Below, one piece after another: positions 59,976-64,000 of a stretch of DNA of 64,000 bases. This DNA is from Microbotryum violaceum (taxonomy: Eukaryota), in assembly GCA_001244265.2 (NCBI GenBank), contig LN717261.1, forward strand, positions 372,001-436,000, written 5' to 3'. The notes under the pieces are model-generated. The model did no database searches and was not told the origin of the DNA. It saw nothing but the letters and a program-made list of their open reading frames with translations. The first letter of the stretch is position 1; every line of letters starts with the position of its first letter. The translations under genes and the position numbers were made by a program.

Positions 59976-60493
59976 CAAGGATCCGCATTAGATCAGATCA
60001 CCTTCAGATCTGATCTGATCTGATCTGGATTTTTCTGATTCTGCCTTGATTGATCTGATCTTGATCTAATCTGAGCAGATCAAATTGATCTAAGACATGT
60101 AATTGCCTAATTTGGCACATAAAGACTTCTACATGTCTACATGTTGAAATCCTCATCTTCTTCCTTCACAACGTCATCCTCATCCTCATCCTCATCCTCA
60201 TCCTCATCCTCATCATCCTCCAAAGTGATCACCTTGCTAAGCCGCCGCTTTTTGGAGGAGCTCCCCGCTTTTATGACTGGATTGGGTCGCATGATTCCTA
60301 TGAGAAAGTGCTAGCAATGAGATGGCGCGATCCATTCTCTCTTCTGATCAGGTGCGCCGCAGTTGAAATCACAATGGCACCATCTAGGTACCGCCTACTT
60401 TTGGATTTTTTTCCTCGAGGTTTGATTGATCTGAACTTGATCTGACCCCCGTCAGATCAGATCTGATCTGATCTGATCTAATGCGGACCCTTG
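59976..60493. mobile_element. hAT-type MITE/internally deleted element (518 bp) with 8-bp TSD
   Basis: TIR CAAGG(A/G)TCCGCATTAGATCAGATCA; TSD GTCGTAGC at 59968-59975 and 60494-60501; subterminal (GATCT)n/(AGATC)n repeats at both ends. Confidence 0.92.
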
Positions 60494-60780
60494 GTCGTAG
60501 CGGAATAGTGGTTCGAGCTGCAGCAAGACGAAGGACAACATTGGTGGTGTAGGAGTTGTTAAACAAATACCTCAAGCGGTGAAAACCCAACCTTCTGGGG
60601 AAAAAGGAGACGGGTCCGAGACGCTTGAGCTGGAAGGCCTTGTGAAGCGATGCGAGCTCGGAGTCCAAGAAGGACTGATTGTTGGACGCGATGAGACCGT
60701 CGTCAACATAGAGAGTGATGATAGCAAACGAAGTGCCCGAATGTTTGATGTAGAGGCAAGCATTGGCAGTTGCCCTCATG

Positions 60781-60981
60781 TGAAAGGCACGAGATTGCTC
60801 TCGAGCCTCACTGGTTCCGAGTCCAAACTGAAAGGATCAAACGGTGTAATTCGCAGGCGAAGAAAGACTACTAAAAGGACTAAGGTCAAGAGACGCGGCG
60901 GCGCCGCGCGCGAGGGCAAGCGTGAGGCCGCAGAGGTCGGCTCGAGGTCGTCGTGAGGCGTAAGCGGAGCGGCGCCTTACA
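60781..60981. mobile_element. Solo LTR (201 bp) with 5-bp TSD TCATG inserted in copia RT
   Basis: TGAAAGGC...GCCTTACA termini; TCATG at 60776-60780 and 60982-60986. Removing it restores SRGYM-RATANACLY. Confidence 0.9.
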
Positions 60982-63286
60982 TCATGTAGCCTCGAGACAC
61001 CATGAGATCGTTGACGGCTCGATACCATTCACGGGGCGCCTGTTTGGTGCCATACATTGAACCCATGAGCTTGAGGCACTTGCCAGGGGATTGAGGACTA
61101 TTCCATCCTTTTGGGTATCGAACATAGACATCCTCGGTCATCTTGCCGTTGAGAAAGGCGCAGTCAAAATCGAACTGTTCGAGATACAGGCCCTTAGCAG
61201 CAGCCAGAGCAATCAAGAACAGAATTGTCGAAGAACGAGCGACAGGAGCGTAGGTGTTATGGTAGTCAATGCCTGGGCGTTGAGCAAATCCTTGTGCAAC
61301 GAGACGAGCTTTGAAACGAATGATTTTGCCGTTTGCATTGCGCTTAATACTGTAGACCCAGATCGTGCCGAGTACCCGAATTCCTTCGTGCCACTTGACT
61401 TCCTGAAAGACTCCATGATGATCAAATTGTAGAAGTTCTGAGACCATTGCCGCACTCCAATGGTTGCGATAGGGTGACTTCATGGCTTCCTCAAATGTCT
61501 TGGGTATCTCAATGTCTTCTTTGGCGAACACGGCAGCACAGTAGGCATCCTAAGAAAGCTTGTTGTGGAACATGGGTGGAGTATCCAAGACATCCACCAT
61601 GATAGCCGAAATGATGGGAAGTATATTTTCCGGAGGTTGAGGTCAACGACAAGAACCAGCAGGAAAGATGTTGGAAGGATCAACATTCTTGAATTGGCCA
61701 GGATTTGGACCAGTGCGAATGATGGCGTAACCTTCACGAGGAGCGAGAGCGACTTCCGCCTCACCGTCGAGTGGTTCTTCTGTAGAAATCGAACAGCGAT
61801 GTGCTGAACGAGTTGGTGGCAGTGGCAAGCCAATGAGTTCGTAATCAAGTGGAGAAGAAGAAGGAAAGACGCGATTGGACCGCGCGGCTAATACAAATAG
61901 AGACGCGCGCTAGGCAGATTTAAGGCAAGAGTAATCTACCTCAACATCTTCTGCGTCATGATAGTTATCAGGTCCATCGTCGAGTCCATCGTTGTCGTCA
62001 TTGCCATCATCCTTACGAGGAACAACTGCAAGATCCCCCCCCTGTTGACCAACTCCAATTGGAACCACCGGAGGAGGCTGTGGATCCGGCAAAGTTGGAT
62101 CCACAACAGGTGAAGTTGGTGTAGACGGCAACACATCTGGCGGAGGATGAGGAGGATGAGAAGGTTGAGAATGATGAACGGGATCAGAAGCGTCCGCACG
62201 ATCTTGAGACAAAGTGACAACGGAAGGAGTCTCAAGGAATGTGACGTGACGCGAAACGTAGACCTGTTTCGACGATTGGACCCAGACACGGTAGTTGTAT
62301 TCACCGGAGTACCTGAGGAAAACTCCCTGAATGGAGCGAGGTGCAAGCTTGGAGCGACGCTCCTTGGGAACGTGGACAAACGCCGTAGATCCAAATGGTT
62401 GAAGATGAGCAAGACTAGGCTTCTTGCTGGGAAGAACTTCGATTGCCGTTTTTCCTTGAATACGAGGATGTGGTTGACGATTGAGAACAAATGTCACGAC
62501 GGCCAGAGCATCTGACCACAATCGCATGGGAAGACCGGAGTCGAGGAGCATTGATCGAACGAGACCCATGAGAGATCCATTGAGTCGCTCTACTTGACCA
62601 TTTTGCTCCGGAGTATAGGGGGCCGTGAATTCCACGATGATGCCCTGCTTTTCAAAAAGAGCCCGGAACAATGAGTTGTTGAATTCACGACCATTGTCCG
62701 ATCTGACCCTCTTAATTTTCTGACCCGTTTGACGCTCGGACTCGGCTTGAAACTTCGACCATGCTTCGATAATTGTCTCATCCCTCTTGTCCTTTAGCAC
62801 GATCGTCCATTTAGCCGTTGATTACTGATCCACGATAGCGAGATAGATAGTATCGCCATGGTGACTGGGGTGCTTGACAAACCCGAGATCGATGAAGACG
62901 CAGTAGAGTGCATGAGGCGCTTCGGTACTCTTGTTGGAGAAGGGTGATCGCTTTGACTTGGTCTGGATGCACGAGAAGCAAGGAGTAACCTTCTTGTCCT
63001 TCAGAGTGATGCCAGTGATAGCCCCGGATTTGACGGCCAAAACGATCGCCGCAGGAGATTGACGGCCCAACTTCCGATGTGCTTCCATCAACGTACAGGT
63101 TCCAGTGAGACGATTGGCTCCGACCCTTTAAGGCGATGAGGATGACATGATAGGCTGAACGGGAGCTGCATCCATGACAAACCCCGGACCAGGAAGCGAG
63201 CGCAGAATCGACTTGCCGCGGATGCTGAAAATGAGATTGCTTTGGGGACCAACAGCGTACGTCATCGATTCCAACAGACGGTCGAT

Positions 63287-63353
63287 GAAGATAAACCCGC
63301 ATTGAGCACCTGAAGATAAACCCGCATTGAGCGAAGATAAACCCGCATTGAGC
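63287..63353. repeat. Triplicated 21-mer GAAGATAAACCCGCATTGAGC in the copia protease region
   Basis: Copies at 63287, 63312 and 63333; coincides with a frameshift. Confidence 0.9.
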
Positions 63354-64000
63354 ACCGGGCATGTAGTAGACCCTCTTAATGGTGATACGAGCGCCATATG
63401 AGGTAAGAAACGTCACTGAGCCATGACCGGGAGATCCGATTTGAGATTGATCGGCGACAGAAATTTTGAGAGGCTCAGAGACAACGTCCGATAGGACCGA
63501 CTTGTCTCCAACGCAATGGACTTTAGGACCCGAGTCAATGATCCATTGAAAACGTGGCATCGTTCGCGAATAGGGGAAAGTGTAGGTTATCAATGCAGAT
63601 TCATCTGCACCAATGGCAGCTACGTTTGAATTTGAGTCCGAGGAAGCGGGAGCGCTCGCATCCTTGTTCCTGCTTGGACAGAGACGCCAACCACGCTCGT
63701 GTCCCAGTGCTTTGCAGCGCGAACAATACGACTTGGAGTAGTCCTTTTGCGCCGTGGTGGAAATACGGGCGACGAGGCTAGTATCGTCAACGATCCGAGC
63801 GGATAACGATTCCTTTTGTTTGTTTCGGGAATCCGCCATTTCGACGTTCATCAGGAGTTTCGGATAGAACGTGTTCCAATCCATGTGGATGTTGATTTCG
63901 GAGGCAAGGCTCCCAACGATTGAGTCATACTGGGCTGGGAGCGACCGAACGAGCATGCCTGCAAACAGCCAATGCGGAAGCGGAGCTCCGAGGTTCTGAA

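Larger units (their letters stand above)
60597..64000 (-). mobile_element. Degenerate Ty1/copia internal region (gag-PR-IN-RT); 5' end off the window, 3' end truncated
   Basis: [59 protein letters not shown] and YVDDG; multiple frameshifts and stops. Confidence 0.93.

Overview
Eukaryotic, intron-rich fungal DNA. Gene content, splice signals and transposon types suggest a basidiomycete, probably Pucciniomycotina/Microbotryomycetes-like (inference). Two blocks of host genes flank a ~30 kb nested transposon island (~10.8-41.5 kb). Left block: Mms22/Mus7-like, a TDG/MUG-family glycosylase with apparent lesions, and a TAF8-like gene. Right block: Mn-SOD with micro-exons, Mid1, a MAPK-type dual-specificity phosphatase, UTP10 and eIF5A. 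The island holds a degenerate tyrosine-recombinase (DIRS/Ngaro-type) retrotransposon split by a young full-length Ty1/copia, a 1.15 kb TIR element with 8-bp TSD, a Kyakuja-Dileera-Zisupton (KDZ) transposase with neighbouring orphan genes, a copia fragment and two Ty3/gypsy elements. A second TE cluster (hAT-type MITE, copia with a solo LTR inside it) ends the window. Best leads: (1) two different gypsy families have a T9 tract where the primer-binding site should be, possibly primed by poly(A); (2) the G:T/G:U glycosylase is either broken or uses ~21-23 nt introns, next to TEs showing CpG-type decay; (3) a BED-finger orphan gene is bracketed by GTGTAC-C/G-GTACAC palindromes; (4) a KDZ module with an accessory gene; (5) a perfect 8x43 bp array starts at a hairpin apex inside an eIF5A intron. 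Family assignments come from motif recognition by eye. No database searches were run, and exon boundaries are manual.
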